Below, piece after piece: positions 49,069 to 59,782 of a stretch of 64,000 bases of DNA (positions within the stretch are counted from its first letter, which is position 1; each line of letters begins with the position of its first letter). The position numbers and the translations under genes are program-made. The notes under the pieces are model-generated. The model ran no database searches. It was given only the letters and a program-made list of their open reading frames with translations, and was not told where the DNA came from. This DNA comes from Candidatus Latescibacterota bacterium (GTDB lineage Bacteria; Latescibacterota; UBA2968; UBA8231): contig OZ252098.1 of the NCBI GenBank assembly GCA_965248355.1, positions 3,872,001 through 3,936,000 on the forward strand, given 5' to 3'.

Positions 49069-50688
49069 ATGGGCAAACACGACTTCCCAAAAATCATCTT
49101 CACCGACGACGGCTGGATCTTCAGCTCGGAACCCCCGGTCTTCGAGGCCGACCTGCGCGACAAGGTGGTCGCCGGGTACGCCGGCACCGGCGGCGCCCTC
49201 TGGTGGTCGACCGGCGATCACGAGGTCTACCACTTCGAGACCCAGATCGGCGAGATCTTCGGCGCCGAGCAGCCCTCCCTCGAAGGCCTCGACGAGCTGT
49301 ATTCCTTCGTTCACTCCGCCGGCGGGGACGACGCCTATCCGAAGGTGGCGGCCAACGTGCGCTCCCTCATCGAGGAGTGCGGCGGCCCCCTGACGGCCCT
49401 GCTGCGCCTCTGCCGGGAAAGGGGCATCCCCTTCTTTCCGCGGGTGCGCATGAACAGCCACTACGTCATCGACTCCCGCCACCCGGGATACGGCAACTAC
49501 CGGCGCCGCCACCCGGACCGCCTCATCGCCCGCCCCGGGGAGCGCTTCGCCGAGGGCACCATCGAGCACGGCATCGGCACCGGCCTCGACTACGCCCACC
49601 CCGGCAACCGCGCCTTCGTCACCCGCATCATCTGCGAGTGCTTCGAGCGCTTCGACGTGGACGGCGTCGAGCTCGACTTCATGCGCCACCCGGCCTTCTT
49701 CCGCGTCGAGGAGGGGTACGCCAACCGCCACTTCATGACCGGCCTCGTGCGCGAGGTGCGCGCGCGCCTGCGGGCGGTCTCCGAGGAGCGCGGCCGCCGG
49801 CTGCTGCTCGGGGTCCGCGTGCCGCCGGGGATCGCCGACTGCAACCGCGTCGGCCTCGACATCGTCCGCTGGCTGGAGGAGGGCCTCGTCGACATCGTCG
49901 TCGTCGGGGGCGGTTTCATCTCCTTCGAGACCCCGGTCGACGAGTTCGTCGCCGCCGCCGACGGGACCGGCGCGCTGGTGTACGGATGCATCGAGGCGAC
50001 CCGGGACAGCGACGACCGCAAGCTGCGCGCCCTGACCTTCCGCTGGCTCAACGACGGCGCCCACGGCGTCTACCTCTACAACTTCTATACCCGCTCACCG
50101 GAGTGGAACCGCCGCATCGCCTCCGAGCTGACCGACCTGGCGAAGCTCCGGCGCCTCGACAAGCGCTACGAGCTCGAGACCACCGGCTCCGCGTACGGCT
50201 CCTCCGGGCACAGCAGCGCCTTCGCCCTGGCCCAGTCGCAGACGCAGCTTCCGGTGCGGCTGCAGCCGGACGACCCCGGCGAAGGACCGGTCCTGCGTCT
50301 AACCATCGCCGACGATCTCGAAGCGGCGCGTGAAGCCGGGGAGCTCGGCCCCTGCCGGCTGACCCTGCGGTTCGACGGCCTCGAGGAGAGCGACTCTCTC
50401 GCCGTCCGCGTCAACGGCGGCGAGTTGGACTGGAGGGAGGCCGAGGTTTCCTTCGACGGGTGGGAAGAGCTGAGCGCGGCCTCGCTCTTCTGGCTGAGCT
50501 ACCCCGCCGAGCCGGTGGAGCGGCACATGGAGGGATCGAGCGCCTCGTACGCGGTCACCGCGCCGCCGCTGCAACAGGGAGAGAACGAGATCGAGGTCCG
50601 CCTGCTCTCGGAAGCCCGCACCCCCGACCGCCACGTCTCCCTGACCGGCCTCGAGATCGACCTCACCTACCGAAGGCAGGACCGATGA
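49069..50688 (+). CDS. glycoside hydrolase-like protein (GH10-like/DUF187-type TIM barrel)
   Basis: RVRMNSH, LDYAHP, FDVDGVELDFMRHP, GLDIVRWLEEGLVD, GVYLYN. Confidence 0.7.
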   Translation: MGKHDFPKIIFTDDGWIFSSEPPVFEADLRDKVVAGYAGTGGALWWSTGDHEVYHFETQIGEIFGAEQPSLEGLDELYSFVHSAGGDDAYPKVAANVRSLIEECGGPLTALLRLCRERGIPFFPRVRMNSHYVIDSRHPGYGNYRRRHPDRLIARPGERFAEGTIEHGIGTGLDYAHPGNRAFVTRIICECFERFDVDGVELDFMRHPAFFRVEEGYANRHFMTGLVREVRARLRAVSEERGRRLLLGVRVPPGIADCNRVGLDIVRWLEEGLVDIVVVGGGFISFETPVDEFVAAADGTGALVYGCIEATRDSDDRKLRALTFRWLNDGAHGVYLYNFYTRSPEWNRRIASELTDLAKLRRLDKRYELETTGSAYGSSGHSSAFALAQSQTQLPVRLQPDDPGEGPVLRLTIADDLEAAREAGELGPCRLTLRFDGLEESDSLAVRVNGGELDWREAEVSFDGWEELSAASLFWLSYPAEPVERHMEGSSASYAVTAPPLQQGENEIEVRLLSEARTPDRHVSLTGLEIDLTYRRQDR

Positions 50689-51647
50689 CCAACCCTCTGC
50701 CCCGCGGCATCCGCCCCGCCTTTCCGCGGGACACCCCGGCCGGCCAGGTGAGAGCCAGGTTCTTGGAGGTTCTCGGAATGGACCGCATACCCGAGGCGGT
50801 CGACTCGACCGTGGAAACCGTGGCCGAGGACGGGGTCAACCGGGAGCTGCGCGTCTCGTATATGAACTCCCTCGGTGAGCCCCTCACAGGCACCGCCCTC
50901 GTCCCCCTCGACCCATCCGGCGACCGGATAGCCGGCGTCGTCTGCATGCACGGCACCGGCGGAACGACGGCAAACGTCCTGGCGCCCAAACTCGAGATCG
51001 ACCCCGAGAGCGGGCAGCTTCGGGGATGGGGCCGGGAGCTGGCCCAACGCGGCTACGCCACGATATCGATCTCCCTCAAGGGGTCCGTGGTCCGCCGCGG
51101 CACCGCGGAAGCATGGGAGGAGGAGGCGAAGCTGCTGGAGGCGTACGGCCGCCCCCACGCCGGCATCGTCGCCGAGGAGGCCCTGCTGGCGGCGCGCGTC
51201 CTGGCCGCCCTCCCCGGGGTGGATTCCAACCGCATCGGCCTGACCGGCATGTCCCTGGGCGGCATGGCCACCTGGACCGCCATGGCCTGCGATCCAACGA
51301 TCCGCGCCGGCGCCGCCGTCTGCGGAGTGCTGGGCAGCCTGTCGCGCCTGATCCACGAAGGCAACATCCAGCGCCACAGCTCCCTGGTCTTCGTGCCCCA
51401 CTTGCTGCGCTACTTCGACCACGGCGACATCGTCGCCGGCTGCATCGCCCCCCGCCCCTTCATGGCCGTCGCCCCCCTGGAGGACGTCGACATGCCGAGG
51501 ACCGCCGTCGACGACTTCGTCCGCACCGTCGCGCCGGCCTACGCCGAGGCCAAGGAGCGGTTCCTGGTGCACCGCCCCGCGGGCGGCCACGTCTTCACGG
51601 TCGAAGCCTTCGAGCAGGTGGTCGACTGGTTCGACCGGTTCCTCTGA
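50685..51647 (+). CDS. alpha/beta hydrolase (dienelactone hydrolase / acetyl xylan esterase-like)
   Basis: ATG 50685; CMHG, RIGLTGMSLGG nucleophile elbow, CIAPRP, GGHVF. Confidence 0.88.
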   Translation: MTNPLPRGIRPAFPRDTPAGQVRARFLEVLGMDRIPEAVDSTVETVAEDGVNRELRVSYMNSLGEPLTGTALVPLDPSGDRIAGVVCMHGTGGTTANVLAPKLEIDPESGQLRGWGRELAQRGYATISISLKGSVVRRGTAEAWEEEAKLLEAYGRPHAGIVAEEALLAARVLAALPGVDSNRIGLTGMSLGGMATWTAMACDPTIRAGAAVCGVLGSLSRLIHEGNIQRHSSLVFVPHLLRYFDHGDIVAGCIAPRPFMAVAPLEDVDMPRTAVDDFVRTVAPAYAEAKERFLVHRPAGGHVFTVEAFEQVVDWFDRFL

Positions 51648-51655
51648 CGAGTCCT

Positions 51656-53921
51656 CTACCTGGTGAGGACCATCTTGCGTACGTGAGTGGCCGGCCCTGC
51701 CTGCAGGGAGTACAGATACACGCCGCTGGACACCCGTTCACCGCGATGGTTGCGGCCATCCCAATGGGCGGCGCTGGCACGGGTCAGATACCGGCTCGCC
51801 GCACGATGACCCAGGTCGATTTCCCGCACCAAGGCCCCCCGCACATCGTAGATGTTCAGCCGCACGTGGGCCGGCGCGTGGAGTTGAAACGGAATCCAGG
51901 TGTCCGGATTGAAGGGATTGGGGAAGTTGGCCAGCAGCGCCGTCCGTGTCGGCAGCGGCGCAGCGAACCGAATCGCCGTCGGCGCGGGGGGAGTGGCGTA
52001 TGGTGACGTATCCCACAGCAGAATCGTGCCGTCCGCGCTGGCACTGGCGAGGATGTTCCCGTCCGGCGAGAACACCACGGAAAGGACCGATCCCATATGG
52101 CCTTTGAAGATGGCCCCTGGTTGCCCGGTGCTCACCTCCCACAGCCTGATCGTCTGGTCCGAACCGCCACTGGCGAGGACATTTCCCCGAGGCGAGAAGG
52201 CTACCGCATTGATCCAGCCGCCATCGACCTCCATGGTGCCCTCTTGCTGACCACTACTCAGTTCCCACAGCCTGATCTTCTGATCCCAGCCGCCGCTGGC
52301 GAGGGTTCTCTCGTCCTGCGAAAAAGCAACGGAAGTGACCCAGCCCGTGTGCCGCAGAGTGGCCTTCAGTTGTCCGTTGCCTGCATCCCATACTCGCGCC
52401 GTCTTGTCTCCGCTGGCGCTGGCGAGCATCTGGTCAGTGGGCGAAAAGGCCACGGAAAGGACACGTTCACCATGCTCCCCCAGGCTGGCCCGTGCCTGCT
52501 CGCTGGACACGTCCCACAACCGCACCTTCCCGTCCTCGTCGCCGCTGGCCAGGGTTGCTCCGTCCCGGGCGTATGCCACGCAGAGCACACCATTCCGATG
52601 GCCTTTGAGGAACCTCGTCATCGACGGTGTCCAGGAGACGACGTTCGAGGTCCCCCCGGTGGCCTTCCGCAGTCCGGCGATGTCCCACAGCGCAACCCGG
52701 TGACCCCAACCACTGGCGAGTGTTTGTCCATCGGGCGCAAAGGCGACGGAACTGACAGGCCCCCAAGGAGCTTTGATGGTGGCCTCTGCATGTCCCGTGC
52801 CGAGGTCCCACAATCGCAGCGTCCGGTCCCAACTGCTGCTGGCCACGGTGGTGCCATCTGGCGCGAAGGCAACGGAACTGACCCTGTCTCCATGCCCATG
52901 GTCCAGGAAAGCGCCTTCCTCCAGTCCGAACCGGACGTCCCACAGCCGTACCTTGTTGTCCCTCCCGGCACTGGCGAGTGTCTCTCCATCGGGGGAGAAG
53001 GCCACGGAAGTGAAGTCCGCGCCTCGCTCTTTGAACTTGGCCTTTCGTTGCCCGGAGTCGATCTCCCACAACGCGATCACGTGGTTTGAGCCCACGCTGG
53101 CGAGGGTTCTGCCATCAGGTGAGAAGGCTACGGAGTTGACCCAGGATGTATGCACGCGCATGTCGTGCAGGGTGGCTCTCGGATGACCGCTGTTGACGTC
53201 CCACAGGTCGATCGTTTGTTGCCTGCCAGTGGCCAGGGTCTGACCATCGGGCGCGAAGGCTACCGTATTGACGCGCCCCGCTCTTCCGCCTCCCTCGAGG
53301 ACGGCCTCGGGTTCTCCGGTGATTCCGTCCCACAACCGAATGGTGCCGTTTCGGTAGCCCACTGGCGAGGGTTTGACCATCGGGCGCGAAGGCCAGGGAA
53401 TTGACCCAGGACGCTTCTCCTTGGAGGGTAGCCTTCGGTTCTTTGGTGGCCACCTGCCACAACCGCACCATTTGGTCCCTGCTGCCGGTAGCCAGGGTTT
53501 GTCCGTCCGGGGAGAACATGACGCAGAGGACATCATTCAGATGGCCTTCGAGGGTGGCCAGTGACTCTCCGGTGTCGACGTCCCACAACCTCACCGTATG
53601 GTCGGCACTCGCACTGGCGAGGGTTTTCCCATCAGGTGCAAAGGCCACGGAATTCACCGGAGCCGCATGCCCTGTGAGCAGGGAGACCTCAGCACCAGTG
53701 TGGACATCGTAGAGCCAGACGCCGAGGTTGCCGGCCACCGCCAGCCGGGTGCCATCGGGCGAATAGGCCACGGCCCGATCGCCTTCACCGGTGAGTCCCT
53801 TGCCCAGGCGGAGGACGGCACCCTCCGGCAACCCCCAGCGGGCATGGTCTTGAGCCTGGCTGCCCGGCGGGAACGACACGGAGCCCAGCAAGAGGGTAAC
53901 GGCGAAGATGATTTTATCCAT
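51656..53921 (-). pseudogene. secreted WD40-repeat protein with FlgD-Ig/T9SS-like C-terminal domain, split by a one-base frameshift near 53358
   Basis: Signal peptide, WGLPEGAVLRLGKG, about 14 WD40 repeats (SVAFSPDGxTLASG...IRLWD), NFPNPFNPDTWIPFQL; removing one G in AGTGGGCTAC joins TLASG to YRNGTIRLWD. Confidence 0.85.
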
Positions 53922-54026
53922 CTGGGTCCAGGTTTCGCCCCGGAGGAGGGGACCAGGGAAGGGGTCTGCCTGCGCTGCAATCGGAAGTATACGACCGGAG
54001 AGAGTGTGTGGGGCGGTTCCACCCCA

Positions 54027-54228
54027 GGGCGGTGACGGCGGCGCAGGCCGAGCCGAGCGGGCGCACTACGCCGGGCCGGGGTCAACAACCATATTCATCC
54101 AGGAGGCCCAGAGACCCGAGCGCAGCGAGGGGCTCGCCAGCCGTCAGCACACCCCTCCGGCGATAGCTCCCCCAGCGCAGCCCGGCGTACGCGCCGCCGA
54201 GGCGCGGCCGGAGCCGCCGGCGCCGACC
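54027..54228 (+). repeat. structured intergenic repeat, copy 5 (complete)
   Basis: Both arms, GTCAACAACC and CGATAGCTCC linkers, central cassette. Confidence 0.92.
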
Positions 54229-54248
54229 TGCACGAGGAGGAGGCCGCA

Positions 54249-55292
54249 ATGAGAGTCACACACTTGGAACGCACCGTCGTCCGTGTCCCCTTTCTGCCCG
54301 GGATCCTGCCCCCACCCGAATACGAGGAGTTCACCGAGTCCTATCCCGCCCCCCTCGGCGAGAGAAGACAGGATGTCCTCCGAATTCACACCGACGAAGG
54401 AATCACCGGCCTCGGCATGAGCGGGCCCTACTTCGGCGACCACGAGCATCCCGTCCCGGACTTGATCGGCAGGAATCCACTCGACTTCGAGCCGCGCAGC
54501 CTGGGGGGCGGCGGCTACGACATTGCCTTGCTGGATCTGATCGGCAAGGCGATCGGCTGGCCCCTGTACCGCATCTTCGGCGGGAAGTCTCAAGACCGCG
54601 TGCTGGTCGACTACTGGATCGCGCGGATGGGACCGGAAGCGTCAGCCGCCGCCGCCCGACAGGCGTCCCAACAGGGCTTCCACGGCATCAAGGTCAAGTG
54701 CTCCCTGGACGATGGAGACGTGGCCGACCGGGTGCACGCCATACACGAGGCCGCGCCATCGCTGCGCATCGTCCTCGATCCCGGCCATCGCTTCCACACC
54801 GTCGAGCAGTCCCTGGCCCTGGCACGAGAGATAGAGGCGTATGACGTCGTCTTTGAAGACCCGATCCCCAAGGATGACCTGGAGGACTACCGGCGACTCA
54901 GGGAAGAGACATCGATTCTCATCGCCCCCCACCTGCAGAACCCGCGTCAGGTGATCGAGATGGTCTATCGCGAAGCCGTGGACGGGATCAATGTGGCTCC
55001 TTCGGACTGGGGCTTCCTGGACATGGCGCGGATTGCCGGGGCCGCCGGCATCCCCGTGTGGCAGGCCTCCAACGTCGACCTGGGGATCTTCGACGCTTTC
55101 CGCCTTCACGCCTCCGCCGCCGCTGCGAACTGCACCCTGGCCAGCGATCTCTGCGGCAACTTCGTCCACGAGCATAGTCTGCTCGCCGAACCCCTGGTCC
55201 GGGATGGCTATGCGGTGGTGCCGGACAAGCCGGGGCTCGGTGTTGAACTGGACGAGGATGCGGTGCGGCGGTTTACGGTTGAGCCAGCGTAG
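54249..55292 (+). CDS. mandelate racemase/muconate lactonizing enzyme family
   Basis: GAGGAGG RBS; HTDEGITGLG, DIALLDLIGK, KVK, FEDP, PDKPGLGVELD. Confidence 0.9.
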   Translation: MRVTHLERTVVRVPFLPGILPPPEYEEFTESYPAPLGERRQDVLRIHTDEGITGLGMSGPYFGDHEHPVPDLIGRNPLDFEPRSLGGGGYDIALLDLIGKAIGWPLYRIFGGKSQDRVLVDYWIARMGPEASAAAARQASQQGFHGIKVKCSLDDGDVADRVHAIHEAAPSLRIVLDPGHRFHTVEQSLALAREIEAYDVVFEDPIPKDDLEDYRRLREETSILIAPHLQNPRQVIEMVYREAVDGINVAPSDWGFLDMARIAGAAGIPVWQASNVDLGIFDAFRLHASAAAANCTLASDLCGNFVHEHSLLAEPLVRDGYAVVPDKPGLGVELDEDAVRRFTVEPA

Positions 55293-55342
55293 GGTACGGT
55301 ACCTCGAGCCAGTTCCCTGGGCGCTCGCCGGAATCCATCCGA

Positions 55343-57460
55343 CTATCGGACCAAGTTGATCCGAAGGGCACCACGGGTGGTATTCCGCACTTTGAATTGC
55401 ACGATGTACAGTCCGCTGGCCAGGGGTGCCCCGTGCAACTCTCCGCTCTCCAACGACACTTCATGCATTCCAGGTGATAGATGGCTTACGTCTATCACTG
55501 CCACGAGCTGGCCAGACAGATTGTAGATACGCAGCACTTTGGCCGCGTGCGCGTCCCCTTCATGGATGAAGCAGAGGATTCTCGTCCATGAGTTGAAAGG
55601 ATTGGGATAGTTGCCGAGAATGGCTGAGGTCGGAAGGGACCTCTCTCTCTCTTCGAATACGGACACGGCCGTCATGGTATGGTCGTCACCGTCGTCACCG
55701 TCGTCACCACCCTCCCCGGGGTCGCCGTCAGCGCCAGGGGGTTCGTCCCCAGCGAATTCCTCCGCCACCGCCACGTACGCCGTATATCGGCTGCGAATAT
55801 TGTACGCGAGGCTCAACTCGATCACCCGGTTCCTGAGTTCCGGAGTCTCGCCATACACCGCGATTTCGCGCTCAAGGGTGTCGATGAACTCCTTGGCCCA
55901 CAGCTGCTCGACAAAGGGAAACCCTCTCTTTCCACTGAAATCCAGGGTGAAGTCGAAGGTAACCAGACCCTCGGTGGAATAGCCGGCGAGACTGAAGCTG
56001 GACGGTCCGGGCGTCTTGTAGCGGCCGGTGACAAAGAAGAAGGAGCCCGAGTAGGTGTCCGGGATCTTCTGAGGAAGGATCTCGTACAAATCGGCTCTGC
56101 CGTGCTCCATTACTGTATTCTTCAGGACCGGGTTGCTGATGCGCTCGAGAACACCCGCCATGGTCTCCTCGAGGCGGGTGTTCTCGTCAATGTAGGTCAC
56201 GAACCCGTAATTCAAGGCCGCGGTCATCTCCAACCGCGCTCGGTCGAGGTCCGGGCCGATTCCGATAGGGAAGATGGCGGCTCGGTGCTCGTTCAAAGAC
56301 TCGATCTCCCGCGGATCGAGGGGAGATCGTCCGTCGGTAAAGACCAGGACGGCGTTACTGAAATCATCGTTGGAGATCTGGGACAGGCACCTCTTCAAGC
56401 CCCGGTCAAGGCGCGAGCCGGCGGCGGTCTCCACCGTCATGAGGAAATCGACTGCGGCGGCAACGTTGAGCCCGTCGGCCGGCACCGGCGCCGGCTTCCA
56501 CGATGTAACCTGGTTGTTGAACAGAAGGATGTTGAAGCGATCCTCCGGGCGGAGTTGTTCGAGGGATCTCGAAATCGCGCGAATGCTCTGGTCCAAGGTG
56601 GCACCGAACATGCGGCCGGAATTGGAAAGAAGGAAGAGTACCCGTCTTGGCAGCACGCTACCCTCATCGGGACGGCTCTGGGGGCGCACGAAAAGGGCGA
56701 AGTGGCCGTCCGAGGTGTCGTTGGCTGCCGAGTGGAAATCGACGCCGAGGGCGGCTTGGTCTACGGTGTAGTAGAACTCGAGATCGCGGTTCAGGTAACT
56801 CTTGGGGCGGGAAAATGTGACTTCCACCTCTTTGGGCGCGGAGGAAACCGTTCGGTAGTCCGGATGGGTGGGCAGGCCGAAATCCACGATATCCGAATTG
56901 GACCGCACGATGAAGCTGAACTGCAGGTGCTCCAGAGGCCAGGTTACAAATTCGCCCGTATCCAATGGGTAGCGGTAGCGGCACTCGCCGCTGATGTACC
57001 CGCACAGACTGATGTAAGTCAGTTGCACCCGCTGAATTGCATGGGGCTCGATGCCGTCGATCCGGATGCGGATCCCGTTTCGACCAAGATAGCGGTTCAG
57101 GCGAGCCGCCGTGCCTCCTTCGCCGGTTCCCGGGTTCACCGCCTGGTCCCGCACCCGAAGAACAGCCTGCAACGGCTCCTCTCCGCGCCAGTACAGGATC
57201 TCGGTGGCCCTGGCCTCCGGCGGCAGTGGGAACGAATAGACCGCGGCCGTCTCCCTGTGCCACTCGTTGACGAACTCCCGGTAGACGGAGGTGACGGCGA
57301 CAACCCCCTGCATTTCCACTCTTGCCTGCGTCACCCGGTTGCGCAGGAGTTCGTGGGGATAGTCGTGCTCCACGGGGAGCATCAATCCATCGGCACCAGC
57401 CAGGGAAGCGGCAAGAAGCACGGGCAGGACCGGGAAGAGTCTCGACATTGGCGGCTGCAC
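55343..57460 (-). CDS. secreted VIT + vWA domain protein with FlgD-Ig/T9SS-like C-terminal domain
   Basis: Signal peptide; VIT (REFVN...YSFPLP); vWA (RVLFLLSNSGRM, RFNILLF, VFTDG, IGIG); LWAKEFI...SRYTAYVA; GDD acidic linker; NYPNPFN; start may be 57448. Confidence 0.88.
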   Translation of the reverse strand: MQPPMSRLFPVLPVLLAASLAGADGLMLPVEHDYPHELLRNRVTQARVEMQGVVAVTSVYREFVNEWHRETAAVYSFPLPPEARATEILYWRGEEPLQAVLRVRDQAVNPGTGEGGTAARLNRYLGRNGIRIRIDGIEPHAIQRVQLTYISLCGYISGECRYRYPLDTGEFVTWPLEHLQFSFIVRSNSDIVDFGLPTHPDYRTVSSAPKEVEVTFSRPKSYLNRDLEFYYTVDQAALGVDFHSAANDTSDGHFALFVRPQSRPDEGSVLPRRVLFLLSNSGRMFGATLDQSIRAISRSLEQLRPEDRFNILLFNNQVTSWKPAPVPADGLNVAAAVDFLMTVETAAGSRLDRGLKRCLSQISNDDFSNAVLVFTDGRSPLDPREIESLNEHRAAIFPIGIGPDLDRARLEMTAALNYGFVTYIDENTRLEETMAGVLERISNPVLKNTVMEHGRADLYEILPQKIPDTYSGSFFFVTGRYKTPGPSSFSLAGYSTEGLVTFDFTLDFSGKRGFPFVEQLWAKEFIDTLEREIAVYGETPELRNRVIELSLAYNIRSRYTAYVAVAEEFAGDEPPGADGDPGEGGDDGDDGDDHTMTAVSVFEERERSLPTSAILGNYPNPFNSWTRILCFIHEGDAHAAKVLRIYNLSGQLVAVIDVSHLSPGMHEVSLESGELHGAPLASGLYIVQFKVRNTTRGALRINLVR

Positions 57461-59782
57461 TACTCCAGGTAGAGGATCCGCGCCGTTTCGGTCTGGACTT
57501 CACCCTGGGAGTCTACGAGTAACAATCGCGCCAGGTATGCGCCTGTTGCGATAGTCCCACGAGGGTTCCAGGTGATTCTTTGAGTGGGTGTGTTTCGCAG
57601 GCGATACTGCGCCACCTTCTGGCCGAGGAGGTTGTAGATCTGGAGTGTTCCAGAGGCGTAGTCCCCGTTGTTGATGAGGAAATTCACCTCCGAGTTGAAG
57701 GGATTGGGGAAGAAGGCCAGGCGGTTTGCCGCTTGGCCTGAAGAGGGAGTCGGGTAGCGGAATACGGCCCTGCCTCCCAGGCCCGCGAGGTGGATCTTCA
57801 GTTCGATCCGGTTCTCGTCAGCGGTCCGGGCGGGCGAGTGGTAGGTAACGACGAACCTGCCGAAGACCTCGAAGCGGGAGATGTGCAGCAGGATGTCTCG
57901 AAAGTTCCCGTAAATGTCGAAATCCCGGCCTCCGGTCGATTCGGTGAAGGGCGCGTAGAAGGCCGACCGGAAAGAGGGGTTGCCGACGGAGTGCACCGTG
58001 ATCTCGTTGGAGAGAAGAGCGTCGATGACTTCACTTCGGATGAGAGGGGTCACGGAATTGCTTTCGTGGTAGTCGGCATCGGTGATCCATATGACCAGCC
58101 GGCTGGCCTCCGGTCGAAAGGGAAATTGCGCGGCCTTGAGGAGAGCTTCCAGGGAATTCTCAGGTGTGTCGTCGCCACCGTGGGCGTACTGGTTCCCCAC
58201 AAGGGCGTGGAAGGCCTGAACGTCGCGGGTGAATGGATAGACGTTCTCGATGATGTCGAGGAACGTGACCATGCCCAGGCGGAAGTCGATTCCCCGATGG
58301 CTCAGGCTGTCCGCGAATTCCACGATGTGGTTCTTTACTCCGGTGATCTCACCTCCCATGCTGCCGGTCACGTCGAGCGCAAAGACGATATCAACCGCAT
58401 CGACTCCGGCGGAGCGGTCTTTCTTGAGGGTGAACTGGCGCACCCGCTCGTCGTTCTCGAAGAGGAAGACGTTTTCCGGTGCCAGGCGGGTGATGAGGCG
58501 GTCCTCTGGCTCTTCCCGGACTTCGAAGGTGAGCGTCACTTCCGGGTAGTGGGTCAGATCGAGGGAGTCCACCTGTACGGCCAGGCCCGTGTCGGCTAGG
58601 GGAGTCGCGGGAAGGAAGAAGGAGCGGCGCAGTTCGTCGAGAATCTGCCCTCCCTCCGTGACCTTGAGGCCAACGTCGAATACGCCGTCTTCAAATACCA
58701 GGTTCGAACGCGTCGAGCTTGTGGTAGGCCGGCTGCGAGTCCAGAGAGAGTGAGCGCTCGGGAGGTACCGCGTTCAACACCGTGGGCAGGTCGAGGGAGA
58801 CGGTGGCGTCAACCCGGCGTCCGGTGGTGTTTGCTATCTGGAGGTAACTGCTGAAATCGCGCGGGAACATCAGGTTGTCGGTGAGGGCGAAAGAGGATGG
58901 CAGGTCCCAGCGGACGAAGACGGGCGTGGTGAAGTCCGGCGGCCGCAGATCCATCGCCATCTGGTAGAGGCGGGTCTCGCCCGGAGCCAGTTCGGCTTCC
59001 GCCCAGTACACCTTCAGGGCGAGGTCGTAAAGGCGTTGTTGCGTTGCAGGTTGGTCCTGCGGCTCGTGCGTTCCGTAGAGCCTGGCCCAGTTGTCCGCGA
59101 CGATGAGATCCGGGGCAGGGTCCGGGAAGGAGCAGTCCACTCCCAATCCCGTGGGGGCGCGGTCCCGTTCCCACAGCGTCAGGACCGGGGGCAGGTCGGG
59201 GGCCCGCAAGCGGGTCCCGTGCCGCAGGGATGCATTGCCGAGGGCCAGGTAGCCGTCGCCCCAGCGGCCCAGGGCCGGATCGACAGCGATGCCAACCCTG
59301 CAGGTATGGGGACGGTCATCGAGATTGCCGATCTCCGCTTGGAGCAGCGCCCCCCGTTCGTTGAGCTCCACGGTGAACGTCAGCACTACATGTTCGTCGC
59401 CATCAGCGCGGGCCTGGACTCGCAGGGCGTGGCCCGAAAGCTCGGGAGTCAGGGGATCACGGCTGAGATACTCCTCCATGCGGTACCAGTTTCCGTCGAC
59501 CGAGAAGAACGGGTAGGATGTCTTGGCGTAGGGATGGCCGTAGGTAAGGGCGCAGCGGTCATCCAACGTGGAGGCGGAAAGGCCGGAGGAGGTACCGAGG
59601 GTGAAGTAGCCCCCTGGCAGCATGGACGCTTCCATCCGTTCGTCATGAACGCTGACATACCCGGGGAAACCGGCTTGTCCGGACGCTTTCGCGCTCCCGA
59701 TGACCAGGTCATGGGACGACTTGTCCTGCGCCAGGGCTGGCAAGGCCAGGCAAATCGCCGAGAGCGCAATAGCAATCCTCAT
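57460..59782 (-). pseudogene. secreted vWA domain protein with FlgD-Ig/T9SS-like tail, split by a frameshift near 58710
   Basis: ATG 59782 with signal peptide MRIAIALSAICLALPALA; frame ends at 58691, but the other frame is open from about 58710 (SNLVFEDGVFDVGLKV...) into ORF 57460-58572 with MIDAS DVTGSM and FPNPFN. Confidence 0.8.

Noticed and set aside
24409..54228. Repeat family as a CRISPR array or autonomous IS
   Set aside because: Copies are dispersed over 30 kb, not regularly spaced; no cas or transposase ORF; no evident target-site duplications.
55682..55708. GTCGTCACC x3 tandem repeat
   Set aside because: In-frame 9-mer encoding a GDD acidic linker; ordinary low complexity.
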